The notes beneath the pieces are model-generated. The model saw nothing but the letters and a program-made list of their open reading frames with translations, made no database searches and was not told where the DNA came from. 64,000 bases of DNA from Mobula birostris. Its lineage: Eukaryota. Made by a program: the position numbers and the translations under genes. Shown here in pieces: positions 37,727 to 50,239 of the stretch. Positions within the stretch are counted from its first letter, which is position 1. Every line of letters begins with the position of its first letter. The stretch lies in contig NC_092393.1 of the NCBI RefSeq assembly GCF_030028105.1, positions 34,263,248 to 34,327,247 on the forward strand, in the 5' to 3' direction.

Positions 37727-37874
37727 ACATCAAAGTTGCTGGTGAACTCAGCAGGCCAGGCAGCATCTCTAGGAAGAGGTACAGTCCTGACGATGGGTCT
37801 CGGCCTGAAACATCGACTGTACCTCTTCCTAGAGATGCTGCCTGGCCTGCTGCGTTCACCAGCAACTTTGATGT
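37727..37874. repeat. 60-bp inverted repeat (59/60 matched) with a 28-nt loop holding a hammerhead core; Penelope terminal-repeat derived
   Basis: Arms 37727-37786 and 37815-37874; loop CTGACGATGGGTCTCGGCCTGAAACATC. Confidence 0.93.
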
Positions 37875-38437
37875 TGTCAGAAATAGGATTAGGTCTGTAT
37901 CTTAAAATCACAGGAATAAGAAGTGTGAGAGGAAGGGTAGGAAAGAAAATGAGTCAGATATAAGAGCAAGATTTAGGTCTTTTGGCCCATCGAGTCTGTT
38001 CCTATATCCCAGGGTGACAGTGACTGAAGGGAGTGAGGAACGGAAGCAGGGTGCAAGGAGCCTGTCAAAAATCAGTGGTGAGCAAGATAAGAGGTGCGCA
38101 TGGTTGGCAATAGAGGGCAGGTGTATGTAGAGAGGTGGGACATTGTTGGAGGGAAGCTCTGATGCAGGGGAAGGGTAGGGGAGCTTGTATATGGGTAAGA
38201 AGGTGAGAGGTCAGCTTTGATTTACACGTGTGCGTGAACGGAGGGAAGAGCCAGGTATGCATGTGAAGGGAGTGTCTGCTGTGGGAGCGTAAATGAGGTA
38301 GGCTCTGCTGTGGCAGCGTGGATGGAGAGGAGCTCAGGTATGTGTGTGTGTGTGTAAAGGATAGAGTTGCTCTGCTATTCGTGGAACACATACAAAATGC
38401 TGCGGAACTCAGGAGGCAGCTATGGAGGGAAATAAAC

Positions 38438-38472
38438 AGTCGACGTTTCGAGCCGAAGCCTTCATCAGAACC
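38438..38472 (-). ncRNA. Minimal type I hammerhead ribozyme motif, core intact
   Basis: Minus strand GGUU-CUGAUGA-A GGC UUCG GCU C-GAAA-C-GUC^GACU; within terminal-repeat fragment ~38385-38472. Confidence 0.7.
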
Positions 38473-38572
38473 GTCTGCCTCTCTGCCGAGGGAAGGAGCC
38501 AGTCAGCACATGTTGGCTGCTGCACTGACGGTAACTTCACCTCATGCCGAGGCTCCGACTGGTTCAGGCCAG

Positions 38573-38720
38573 TTTCAAAGATACATTTAATGTCCGAGAA
38601 ATGTACACAATATACCTCCTGAAATGTTTTTTTTCTTCGCAACCATCCACGGAAACAGAGGAGTGCCCCAAAGAATGAACGGCAGTTAAATATTAGAACA
38701 CCAAAGTCACCCCCCCAACC
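38573..38720 (-). mobile_element. 3' fragment of the non-autonomous element at 55222-56008
   Basis: TTTAATGTCCGAGAAATGTACACAATATA..CATCCACGGAAACAGAGGAGTGCCCCAAAGAAT nearly matches 55234-55340. Confidence 0.8.
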
Positions 38721-38814
38721 CACCACCACCCCTCATTGGGGCGCAGTCTCCAATGCGGGAGAAAAAAAGAGCAGGAGCTCTGCCATTAACGTTCAATTCA
38801 GGATGTTAGCCCAC

Positions 38815-38910
38815 CTCGGGAATGTGAACCTCCAGTGACTCGGGACCATCGACCAATGGCCCTAACACAAACGAAAACTGCTTCACACTGACGGAGCCCC
38901 GACCGCTCAT
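38815..38910 (-). CDS. METTL23: METTL23 coding exon 1 (96 nt); full protein 232 aa
   Basis: ATG 38910 with in-frame upstream TGA (38931-38929); MSGRGSVSVKQFSFVLGPLVDGPESLEVHIPE; donor GAG|GTGGGC, phase 0 joins exon 2; exons total 699 nt. Confidence 0.85.
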
Positions 38911-39209
38911 GACATCATTACCTTTAACTCAGGCCGTCCGGAGGCGGGGCGCACCCGTGTCGTCATTAGAATGACAAGCGGCGTTAACCAATTAGGTAGC
39001 TATGCCCACAATGGGTCCAATCGACACTGGGGTGTAGGCGGGACTCCGTTCATGTTGGCGTGATGGACAGGCCGATGTGGCCAGTGTACGGCAGGGGTAT
39101 GAAAATTCTGGAAGGCCTATAAGTGCGAGGATCCACGGCTGGAGGACCTGCTTTTGGAGATTGGCGGCTGGCGGGAAAAGAGGGTTCCGGCCTTTTGAAA
39201 GAGTAGGAA
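38911..39209. promoter_or_regulatory. METTL23/JMJD6 bidirectional CpG-rich promoter (299 bp between start codons)
   Basis: GC box GAGGCGGGGC 38941-38950; CCAAT at ~38988, ~39017 and reversed at 39160; E2F-like GCGGGAAA 39171-39178. Confidence 0.75.
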
Positions 39210-39338
39210 ATGAATCACAAAGCTAAAAAGCGAATAAAAGAAGCAAAGCGCAGTGCCCGCCCCGAGTTGAGAGACTCTTACGACTGGACAAAACACAACT
39301 ACCACGAAACTTTCTCTCTGTCCTTAAGCACTGTCAAG
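39210..39338 (+). CDS. JMJD6: JMJD6 exon 1 (129 nt)
   Basis: [43 protein letters not shown]; donor AAG|GTAAGG. Confidence 0.96.
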
Positions 39339-40194
39339 GTAAGGAGCGGCCAGGCCGCCTTAGGCTGGCCCTATATCCCTGACTCCCCACACCGAGCAAC
39401 AACACACGGCCCAGCACGTCCTGCACGTACACACGAGCACACCGTCCGAAGCACCAGTAGTAGTGGCGGCGCCAGAGAGCCGAGTCGGTGTGGGATCTGC
39501 AGGCGGACTTTTTTTTACGGGAGTTGGGTGCCTGGCCGAAAAGCTCGGCATGGTTTGTCTCGTCCACCACGGATGGGCAAGGAGGCTGCTAAACCCCAGC
39601 TGACGGCAGCCGGCTTGACCCAGCCAATCGTCCGGATATTGCCCTCGGCTATGGAACAAGCTGTGGAGGAGGGGTTGGGGTACGGAGCGCCGTTTCTATA
39701 ATAAAAAAAATCGGGGTTCTCTGTTGCTTTTAGGAAGGGGAAGGGGTCAATCCTGTGGTAACGAAGTAATTTGAAGAAGGGGCCACTATTTTTTGGAACC
39801 ATAATGAATTTGGGGTTAATGGACACGTGTCTTGTTGCGGAGATACATGTGTTATTTGGAGGGGAATTTCGGTGGCGAGGGGTGGACAGGGTTGCAGTGG
39901 ATAGTTAATTTCTACTTGAAAATGAACAATTAGTTTTGCATCACGTTTCACTATTTCCAAAATTGTTTACATGATAACGTGTAGTAGTAGCCTCCGAATC
40001 AAGATCAATTATTTTATGAATTTAATTCCACTATCATTAGGGGGTCCAGAAGAGATTGGGCTCCAAATCAAAATACCAGTTTACTCTGACAAGAAGTGCT
40101 GGGTATAAAGCTTTTTAAGTGTAGCTCAATTTTTGTTTCTTATTTTAATCCATCTACTAGATAAAAACCTCTGTCATTTTATACCAGTGATGTT

Positions 40195-41025
40195 TGCAGC
40201 CATCCCTAAAAATAGCTGTGACTGACAGAAGACCTCTTACTCAATGTCAGCAAGACCAAGGAGCTGATTATTGACCAGGCGGTGCAAAACCACAGGTCCA
40301 TGAACCAGTCCTCATCGGGGATCAGTGATGGAGAGGGTCAGCAACTTTAAATTCCTCGGTGCTATAATTTCAGAGGACCAGTCCTGGGCACAGCATGTAA
40401 GTGCGATTACGAAGAAAACACGGCAGTGCCTCTACCTATTAGTTTGTAAAGGTTCAGCATGACATCTGAAGCTTTGACAAACTTCTGTAGATGTGTGGTG
40501 GAGAGTATTTTGACTGGCTGCATCACAGCCGGGTATGGAAACACCAATGCCCTTGAATGGAAAAGCCTACAAAAAGTCGTGAATATGGCCTAGTCCATAG
40601 TTGATAAAGCCCTCCCCAGCATTAAGCATATCCTGCTGCATTCACCATCAGGGACCACCACCGCCCAGGTCATGCTGTCTGCTTGCTACAGCCATCAGGA
40701 AGAAGGTACAGAGCCTTAGGATCCACACCACTGAGTTCAGGTACAGTTATTGCCCCATCGTTGAACTGTTCCCACATCTATGGACTCACTTTCAAGGGCT
40801 CTTCATCTCATGTTCTCAGTATTTATTGCTTATTTAGTTATTATTATTTCTATTTTTTAAAACTTCCTTTTTGTACTTGCACAATTTGTTGCCGTTTGCA
40901 CACTGGTTATACCAGTTGGAGCAGTCGTTCATTGATTCCATTATGCATATTGGATTTATTGAGTATACTCGCAAGAAAATGCATCTCAGCGTTGTATATG
41001 GTGACACTTGTTTACTTCGGACTCT
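40195..41025 (+). mobile_element. Rex1/Babar 3' fragment
   Basis: LNVSKTKELII, FKFLG, NFCRCVVESILTGCIT, PSGRRYR. Confidence 0.85.
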
Positions 41026-41519
41026 GAAGACTATGGGATACAGAACGGATTTAGCGAAAACAAAAATATTTCAACTGTCAGCTGTTCAATTGTACATGAA
41101 ATACCTTTGCTGAGAAACTGGTTTGGCAATTACTATAACACGGTTCTTCACAATTTATTCTGTTCAAGTTACACTTTTCAAAGAATCAAAGCCATCACTT
41201 ATCTTATTTCTGTTACTGCATTGCACCCATCACTCATCTCCTCCTCATGTTATCAAGTGAGGTTTTTGAATCTATTCATCTGTCTAAATAATACTACCTT
41301 ATTCCTATTTTGGACTATTCATTGGATACACCCATGATTTTATGATACTTGAAGGACAGCTAATGGTATTTTGTAAATAATGATCTAAATATACTGCCTT
41401 GTTTCTCCCTACACTTCTGGTTGGGTGTAACCACTGGTGGCTAATGGTGACTGCACTCTTCTCACGATTTGACAACTTACCTCCTCCCCCCTCATTCATT
41501 CAGTTGCAATTAGAATTGG

Positions 41520-42168
41520 GGTCAGTTAAATTATCACTGATGTATGTTGTTTTGTGGCAGCAGTACCCTATGGAAAATCCTGGCGATTCTGGCCTATGTT
41601 TCTCATCCTCTGCACGTCACCTTGGCTGAACAGAGGAGCACTTTTAGTTGTAGGCTAAGACAACTTTGCCACTCCAAAGAGCGCTATATGAGGTCATTCT
41701 TGCCCTCAGCCATTAAGCTCTGTAATGCGTCAACCTATAGCTAGGGAAGTAATGACCCCTTCCTGTTAGACTGTTTATGGTAACTTTTTTAAAAATTCTT
41801 TCTACTTAGACCATAAGACAAAGGAGCAGAAGTCGACCGTTCGGCCCATTGAGTCTATTCCGCCATTTTATCATGAGCTGATCCATTCTCCCATTTAGTC
41901 CCACTCCCCCGCCTTCTCACCATAACCTTTGATGTCCTGACTAGCCAGATACCGATCAATCTCTGCCTTAAATACACCCAATGACTTGGTCTCCACTGCT
42001 GCCCGTGGCAACAAATTCCATAGATTCACCACCCTCTGACTAAAAAAATTTCTTTGCATCTCTGTTCTGAATGTTCTAAATACTTCTAATATTTGTATCT
42101 GTGCACTTGTAATGCACGGATATACAATGACACTTTAGTTTCCTCTGGGATCAATAAAGTATCCATCT
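41520..42168 (+). mobile_element. Rex1-like 3' end with nested minus-strand CR1 3' fragment (41807-42070)
   Basis: HVTLAEQRSTFS..KERYMRSFLPSAIKLCN nearly matches 45140-45250; CR1 terminal motif at 41807. Confidence 0.8.
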
Positions 42169-42169
42169 A

Positions 42170-42412
42170 CAGCGTGAAACATTAAAAATCTGTTCCAATG
42201 TGCAAGTAAATAATAAATAGTGCGAATGAAGAGTAGCAAGGTTGTGTTGATGGACCTTTCAGAAATCTGGTGGCAGAGAGAAAGAAGCTGTTCCTGAAAT
42301 GTTAAATGTGGGTTCTCAGGCTCTTGTGCCTACTTCCTGATGGTAGTAATGAGAAGAAGAGATGTCACAGATGTTAAGGATCTTTAATGATGGACACTGC
42401 TTTTTTGAGGCC
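42170..42412 (-). mobile_element. Rex1/Babar 3' fragment
   Basis: Similar to 33290-33440 (LLPSGSRHKSL). Confidence 0.65.
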
Positions 42413-43099
42413 ATTGTAAGTTCATGCAGCAAATATTTGCCGTGAGAATGCAATGACTCATTCTGAACTCTTTCATCTAGCTATATTTTGCACTCCTTCC
42501 TAACAGTTCTCATGGTTTATATTGCTTTGTTTCTCCTTGGCTTGTTAGTAGTTTTGGTCTTTGTGTCAGTCCCTTAAAATTCTTGTTCTCTGTTCATAGA
42601 AGCTGTATCCTGAATTAGATTCTGACACTATAACTCCATTCTTCCTGAAACCTCTATCCACCTCACTTTACCTCCTCTGACTTCTGAGCATCATGTCCTC
42701 GCTTCACAGTTTCATTTGTATGGGCTCTCCCACCAGTATTCATGCCCACTCTTGTGATCTCAAAATGTTCCTTTACAGCCCTTTAGCAGCAATTATACTT
42801 TGAACTTGCTTCTTCCAAATTCATTGCAGTGTCTGTATGTTGGTAGACCTCACCCCTGCTCTCTTGATTGTATATCCACTGACCATCGATAATTCCACTT
42901 TCCTTCCAAATTGCTAATGCCAGTAAGAATTGTAAATGTTTACCTTCCAATTGCAAAATGAAAATATTAGCTTCACAATATTTTTTTACGTTGAAAAGTG
43001 CTGTTATCATCTCCTATCTTAGCTCACCCCTGACCTTTGCTTTTGGACTTCCAAATGGAAAATCTTTAAATATGTTATGGCCTCTTAAATTTGTGCCTA

Positions 43100-45420
43100 T
43101 CTAAACTGTCCCCCTTCCAGTTTAACATGTGGATGAACAACACAGGCTACCACTGTCTACATCCCCTCCTTGCCCTACACCTACCATCCACACCGCCACA
43201 TACCAAGTACTATCATCCTGAACTTCACCCCCCCCACCAGTCCCCACCTTCCACCAACTCCCCAGTCATTCTGGACTGGCCTTCACTACTGAGCAGGTGA
43301 GAAGGGCTCTGGGGAACTCAGACACAGCAAAGCATTGGGACTGGATGGTATGAACCCCAAGGTCCCAAAGGAGTGTGCTGAGCAGCAGCTGTGCAGAGTT
43401 CTCCAGCACATTTTCAATCTGAGTCTCAGCCTGGAAAAGGAGATGACTGTGTGGAAAACATCATGTGGTCCCACTACCCAAGAAGGGTGAACTGAAAGCC
43501 TTGAATGATTCCTGTCCAGTGGCCCTGACCTCACATATCACGAAGACCCTAGAGAGGCTAGTCCTGGCTTACCCCTGACCCCTGGTCAGATCAGCCTTCG
43601 ATCCCCTGCAGTTTGCCTACCAGGAGCACTTTAGAGTTGATGCCGTAATCTGCCTGCTGAACAGAGCCTACTACCATTTGGATAAGTAGGGCAGCACTGT
43701 GAGGATCATGTTTTTTGATTTCTCAGTGCCTTCAATACTATTCAGCCCTTATTGCTGGGGGAAAAGCTCCATTTAATGCAGGTTGGCACTTTCATTGTAT
43801 CCTGGATAATGGACTACCTGAGTGGCAGACCACAGTTTGGGAGGCTTCAGAGCTGGCTATAAGCAGCAGTAGAGCCCCACAGGACTGTATTGGGTCCCTT
43901 CCTGTTTACCCTGTATACCTCGGACTTTAGATACAGCACTAAGGCATGTCATCTGCAGAACTTCTCTGACTCAGCAATATTTAGATTATAAGGACACGCA
44001 GTCCTCTTTTATTGTCATTTAGTAATGCATGCATTAAGAAATGATACAATATTCCTCCGGTGTGATATCACAGAAACACAGGACAGACCAAGACTGGAAA
44101 AACTAACAAAAACCACATATTTATGACATATAGTTACAACAGTGCAACAATACCATAGCTTGATGAAGAACTGGCCATGGCCACAGTAAAAAAAAAAGTT
44201 CAAAGTCTCTCGAAAGTCCCACATCTCACACAGATGGGAGAAGGAAGAAAACTCTCCCTGCCATGCCCGACCACAGTCCGACTCTGAGTCATCCGAAAAC
44301 TTCGAGCCTCTGACACCGAGTACTGAGCACCTTCTCTGCCGAACGCTTCGACCCTAGCCTTGGTCGCCAGCAGCAGGCAAAGCCGGGGATTTTGGAGCCT
44401 TCCCTCCGGAGATTCTCGGATTCTCGATCACACAGTAGCAGCAGCAGCGAACCGGCCATTTCAGAAGTTTTCTCCAGATGTTCCTCTGTGCTTCTCACGT
44501 CTGTCTCCATCAAATCAGAATTGTGCACGGCATCCTACTTACAAATACGATATCATTTCACTGGAGAGCTGCGCGCACTGCATCGCGCTGCCATCTTTTC
44601 CTCCCGCCTTTTGGGTGTATAAAGGGAGGATGGATACAGGGTCCTGGTGGAGGACTTTGTCAGATGGTGCAAGCTGAATCATCAGCAGCTCACCATCAAC
44701 AAGGCAAAGGAGATGGTGATGGAATTTAGGAAGACTAAGCCTGCAGTGCCCCCTCTTCCTATTGATGGTAAAGATGTGAATGTGGTGAAGACCTACATGT
44801 ACCTGGAGATGCACCTGGATGACAGACTTGAGTAGAGCACCAACACAGGCTGTGTACAAGAAGGGCCAAAGTCACCTCTACTTCCTGAGGAGACTGAGGT
44901 CCTTTGGAGTATCCAGGCCTCTCCTTCACATGTTCTACCAGTCTCTTGTTACCATTGCAATCTTCTATGCGGTGATGTGTTGGGGCAATGGCATCAACAT
45001 GGGTGATGCCAACAGGCTCAATAAACTGATTAGAAAAACTGGCTCTGATGTAGGAGTCAAACTGGACACATTGGAGACTGTGGTAGAACAAAAGACCCTA
45101 AAGAAAATCCTGGCAATTCTGGACAATGTTTCTCATGCTCTGCATGCCAACTTGGCTGAACAGAGGAGCACTTTTAGTGATAGACTAAGACAACTGTGCC
45201 GCTCCAAAGAGCGCTATATGAGGTCATTCTTGCCCTCTGCTTTATAATGAGTCAACCTATAGCCGGGGAAATGATGATCTTCCTTCCTGTTAAACTGTTT
45301 GAGGTAACATTTTTTATTCACTTTTTTTCTCTTCTAATTGTATATTTGTGTATCTATGCACTTGTAATGCTGCTGTGATACTGTAATCTCCTATGGGATC
45401 AATGAAGTGGCTATCTATTG
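43100..45420 (+). mobile_element. Rex1-like LINE, degenerate RT, interrupted at ~43980-44610
   Basis: LQHIFNLSL, DPLQFAYQ, AFNTIQP, LYFLRRLRSFGV, RSFLPSA. Confidence 0.88.
43980..44610 (-). mobile_element. CpG-rich non-coding non-autonomous retroelement nested in Rex1
   Basis: Minus strand starts GGAGGAAAAGATGGCAGCGCG (YY1-like) and ends ACAATAAAAGAGGACTGCGTGTCC; splits the host RT at SAI/GCIKGG. Confidence 0.7.
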
Positions 45421-46206
45421 TTTGATTCTCTTGCTACTGTGACCAAATTATCATGTTAATTTACAATCATTACAACCTCAGTGCAGTCTGTTACCATTAG
45501 CTGTGATATCCTACATTATCTCTATTCTGTTTTCAATTGAAATGTGACTGCATATGCTGTTCTATTTTAGAGTATCTTTTGCAATTGTTTTACTTGCAAA
45601 TATATCTCTTCAAGTTTATTCATGTCTCTTATTTGCAGACTACTCACAGGTGCACAGGAGATGCCCGATGGAACAAGAGAGTGGGTAGTTTGAGGCGTTG
45701 TTTACACAGGGCTTCTATGTTCTTCTGATGGATATTTCCAATACCCATCCTAACTGCTCCTTTTCATGGGCCAGGAATTCCCAGGAGACAGTGGGAATAG
45801 TGTATTCTTTTCAATTCTTCCCTTGATGCTCAGAATAGAGTCTCTGTTTCAGGAGTCTGGTGTCAGGCATGCAAATGATGTCGCCTACCCAGTATATCTA
45901 ATAATGTATTTAGGGCCTCAATGTGAGGTTTGTAAGCTGAAGATGGCTTTGTTCTTTGAACGTAATTCCACAAAGCATTCTGCTTTGTGAAATTGATGTG
46001 CATTTGGCTATAGAGGCCTAAAGTTTTGATTTCCTGCAGAAAATGCAGGACCATCATTAAGCCCAAAGGTCTTTGGGAAAGAGTCAGTTTTGATCTTTGA
46101 AGTCTCTTGAACATTTTCCTTCATTGAAGATACTACATGTTGAACAACATTTGTCAGACTATTGGTTACAAATGGGTTCTTTAAATTTGGCTTTTTGGGT
46201 GTTTAT

Positions 46207-49200
46207 TCAGAGAACACTACAGCACAGAAATGGGCCCTTCAGCCCATCTAGACCATACCATACCAAACAGTTGATCTGCATCCAGACCATAGCTCTCCAT
46301 ACCCCTCCCATCCATGTACCTTTCCAAATTTCTCGTGTTGAAATCAAACCCACATCCACCATTTACCCTGGCAGCTTGTTCTATACTTTCACCACCCTCT
46401 GAGTGAAGAAGTTTCCCTTAACCATGTCACCTTTTTATCTTTAACCTGTTACCTCTAGTTCTAGTTTCACCGAAAAAGCCTGCTTACATTTCATCTATAC
46501 AGCTCATGATTTTGTAAACCTCTTATCAAATCTCCCCTCATTCTCTTGCACTCCAGGGAGTAAAGTCCAGACCTATTCAACCTTTCCCTATAACTTAGGT
46601 CCTCGAGTCCTGGCAACATCCGAGTAAACTTTCTCTGCACTTTTTCAATCTTATTGGTGTTTTTCCTATTGGATGTGACCAGAACTTCACACACTACTCC
46701 AAATTAGGCCTCCCCTACATCTTGTACAGCTTCAACATTACATCCCAACTCCTGTACTCACTACTTTGATTTGTGAAGGCTACTGTGCCAGAAGCTGTTT
46801 TTACGACCCTATCTTCCTGTGACAGCACTTTCAAGGAATTATGGATCTCTGTTCCCAGATCCCCCTGTTCTACACCACTTCTCAATGCTCTGTCATCCAC
46901 CGTTTAAATCATACCCTGCTTTGTCCTCCAAAAGAGTAGCACCTCACACTTGTCTGTATTAATTTCCATCTGCAATGTGTCTGCCTATTTTTCTAGCTGG
47001 TCCAGATCCCACTGCAAGTTTGGATTGCCTTCTTTACTGTCCACTGCACCCCCAATCTCAGTGTCATCTGTAAATTTGCGGATCTAATTTACCACATTAT
47101 CATCCAGAATATTGATATAGGTGACAAACAACAACCGATCCAGCACACCACTAGTCACAGACCTCCAGTCAGAGCGGCTGCATCTAGTACCACTCTTTTG
47201 CTGCTTCTGTGAAGCCAATGTCTAATCCAATTTACTACCTCATCTTGAATGCCAACCATCTGAAGCTGTGCGGGACCTTGTTAGAGTCCTACTAAAGTCC
47301 CTGTGGACATCATCTACTGCTTTGCCTTCATCAACTTTCCTGGTAACTTCCTCGAAAAACCCTATAAGATTGGTTAGACATGACTTACCACGCACAGAGC
47401 CATGTTGACTATCTCTGATCAGTCCCTGTCAATCCATATACTTGTAGGTATCTGGTCCTTTAGAATACTTTCCAGTATCTTGCTCACTACTGATGTTAGG
47501 TTCACTGGCCTATAATTTACTGGCTTATTCTTAGAGCATTTCTCAAACAATGGAACAATGTTAAACACTCTTCTATTCCTCCAGCATCTCACTTGTTAAG
47601 GATGTTTTAAATATCTATAATGGTTTAAATATTTGTATCTATAACATAATTGCTGCTGCCTCTGGAGTTTCTGCACTAGCCTCTCAAGGTCTGAGGGAAC
47701 ACCTTTTTTAGGCCCTGGGGATTTATCTACACTAATTTGCCTCAAGGTAGCAAATATCTCCTCTGTAACCTGTATATGATTCATCACCTAATTTGCTGCC
47801 TTGCCTCACTTCTACAGACTCTGTCCATCTCACAAGTAAATACAGATAGGAAAAAAAATCCATTTATGATCTCCCCCATCTCTTTGGCTCCATGTATAGA
47901 TCACCACTCAGATCTTCAGGAGGACCAACTTTGTCCCTTGCTATCCTTTTGCTGTTAATATATCTGTAAAAGCCCTTGGGATTCTCCTTCATCTTGCCTG
48001 CTAAGGCAGCCTCGTGCCTTCTTTTAGCCATCTTGATCTCCATAAGTGTTCTCTTACATTTCTTGTACTCCTCAAGTACCTCATTTGTCCCCTTCTGCCT
48101 GTACCTGTTGTGTACCTCCTCCTTAACCAGGGACTCAATGTCTCTCGAAGCCAAGGTTCCCTAAACCTGTTATCCTTATCTTATTTTGACAGGAACATAC
48201 AAACTCTGTACTCTCAAAATTTCACCTTTGAAGGCCGCTCACTTAACAAGCACACCTTTGCCAGGAAACCACCTGTCCCCATCCACACTTGCCAGACCCT
48301 TTCTGATACTACCAAAATTAGAGTTTCTCCAATTTGGACTCTCAACCCAAGGTCCAGACCTACGGTAGTCCTTGATTATTTTGAAATTAATGCAAATTGT
48401 TCCCCAACACAAATTTGCATTACCTGTCCTGTCTCATTCCCTTATCAGAGATCTGGTATCAGACCTTACTGAGACCTCTGTGTCCTGAGTAAGGAAACTT
48501 TTCTGAACACATTTGGCAAATTGTGTCCATCTAGCCCTTTACTGTATGGGAATTTCAGTCAAAATTTGAAAAGTTAACATTACCTCCTATCACAATCTTA
48601 TGTTCCTTGCAACAGTTTGCAAACTCTACAAATTTGCTCCTTTAAATCCTATTTGCTGTTGGTTGGTCTATAGTATAATCCTATTAACGCGGTCATACCT
48701 TTCTTATTCCTTGGTTCCACTCATAGCCTCAGTAGATGGACACTCCTAGTTTGTCCTGTTTGAGCACTGCTGTGATTTCCCTAACTAGTAATGCCACCCC
48801 TCCCCATTTAACCCCTCCCACTCTATCACATCTAAAACCCCAAACCATTAAGCTGCCTGTCCTGCAGGCAAGTCTTACTAATGGCTACAATGTCATAGTT
48901 CCACATGCTGATATATGCTGCAGGTTCATATGCCTTTCCTATAATAGTCCTTGCATTGAATTATAAAATTCAAAACATGAGTCCCACCATATCAACCTCT
49001 TTATTCCTGACTTTGTAGGCTTGACAGCATGTTTCCCCACAAGCACACCACTATCTGCTCTGGTTCCCATCCCTCTCCAACTCTGGTTTGATCACCCTTT
49101 GCCCCCCCCCCATGCAGCACTAGCAAACATTCCCACAAGTTTCTTCCAGTTCAGGCACAAACCATCCTGCCTGTACAGGCCCCACTTTTCCTGGAAGAGA

Positions 49201-50030
49201 GCCTATTCATCCAAAAACCTGAAGCCCTCCTTCCTGTACCATCGCCTTAGCCACATATCAAACTGTATTATCTTCCTATTTCTGATCCCAATAGCATGTG
49301 GCACAGGGAGCAATCCTGAGATCACAACCCTGGCAGTATTGTCCTTTAACTTAGCACCAAACTCCCTGAAGTCACTTTGCAGTGTATAGTAACCCTTTCT
49401 ACCCATGTCATTGGTATTGACATGGATCACAGCCTCTGGCTACTCACCCTCCTGCTTAAGAATGCTGTGCATTTATCTGAGATGTCTCTGACTCTGGCAC
49501 CCAGAAGGCAACATCCTGGAATCTTATTCCTGTACACAGTACGTGTTCCTGTCTATTCCCTAACCATTGAATCCCCTATCACCATAGCTCACCTCTTGTC
49601 TCCTTCCTTCTGAGCCACAGAGCAAAACTCAGTGCCAGCGACCTGACTGTTGTGGCTTTCCCCTACTAAGTCATTCCTCCAACCCCCAACAGTATCCAAA
49701 GCGGTATGCTTGTTATTGAGAATAACATCCGCAGGAGTACACTGAACTGGCTACCTATCCCTTTAGGTCTCCTGATGGTTACCTAGTTACCTCTGTCCTG
49801 CACCTTTGGTTTAGCTGTCACCCTGTATTGCCTGATGATCAATCCTTCAGCCTTCTGAATGATCTGGAGTTCTTTCAGACCTTAACACGGTCTGAAAGAA
49901 GCTGTAGCTTTATGTACTTTGTGCGTGTGGTCATCAGGGACCCTGCCGGTTTCCCTGCCTTCCCACATCCCTCGAGGAAGCATTCCACTTTCCTGTCTGG
50001 TATTCCCACTGTTCGAACTGTGCAATAAGA
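46207..50030 (-). mobile_element. Near full-length degenerate CR1 LINE (ORF1 esterase and ORF2)
   Basis: IHVNTND..VVISGLLPVP (ORF1), ENPKGFYRYIN, DKSPGP, KVQRKFTRMLPGL. Confidence 0.9.
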
Positions 50031-50239
50031 AAAAAGAAAGTGAATTATTCCTGTTTTCCTGTTCTAATTTCCTTCCCTTGCTTTTGTTTCATTTGTGTTA
50101 ACATGTTGTATGAATAATTGTGCAGTAAAACAAAAATATTGGAATTTCTAAAGATTAGAAGGAGGAGCCTATCTGCAGGCTGAGAATAAGCGGGGAAGAC
50201 ATTTAAAACAAGTACAGAACTTTTGCTACTTAGGAAGCT

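Noticed and set aside
39339-39701. C-terminal part of the 163-aa ORF and overlapping antisense ORFs
   Set aside because: Read-through into GC-rich JMJD6 intron 1 past a strong donor
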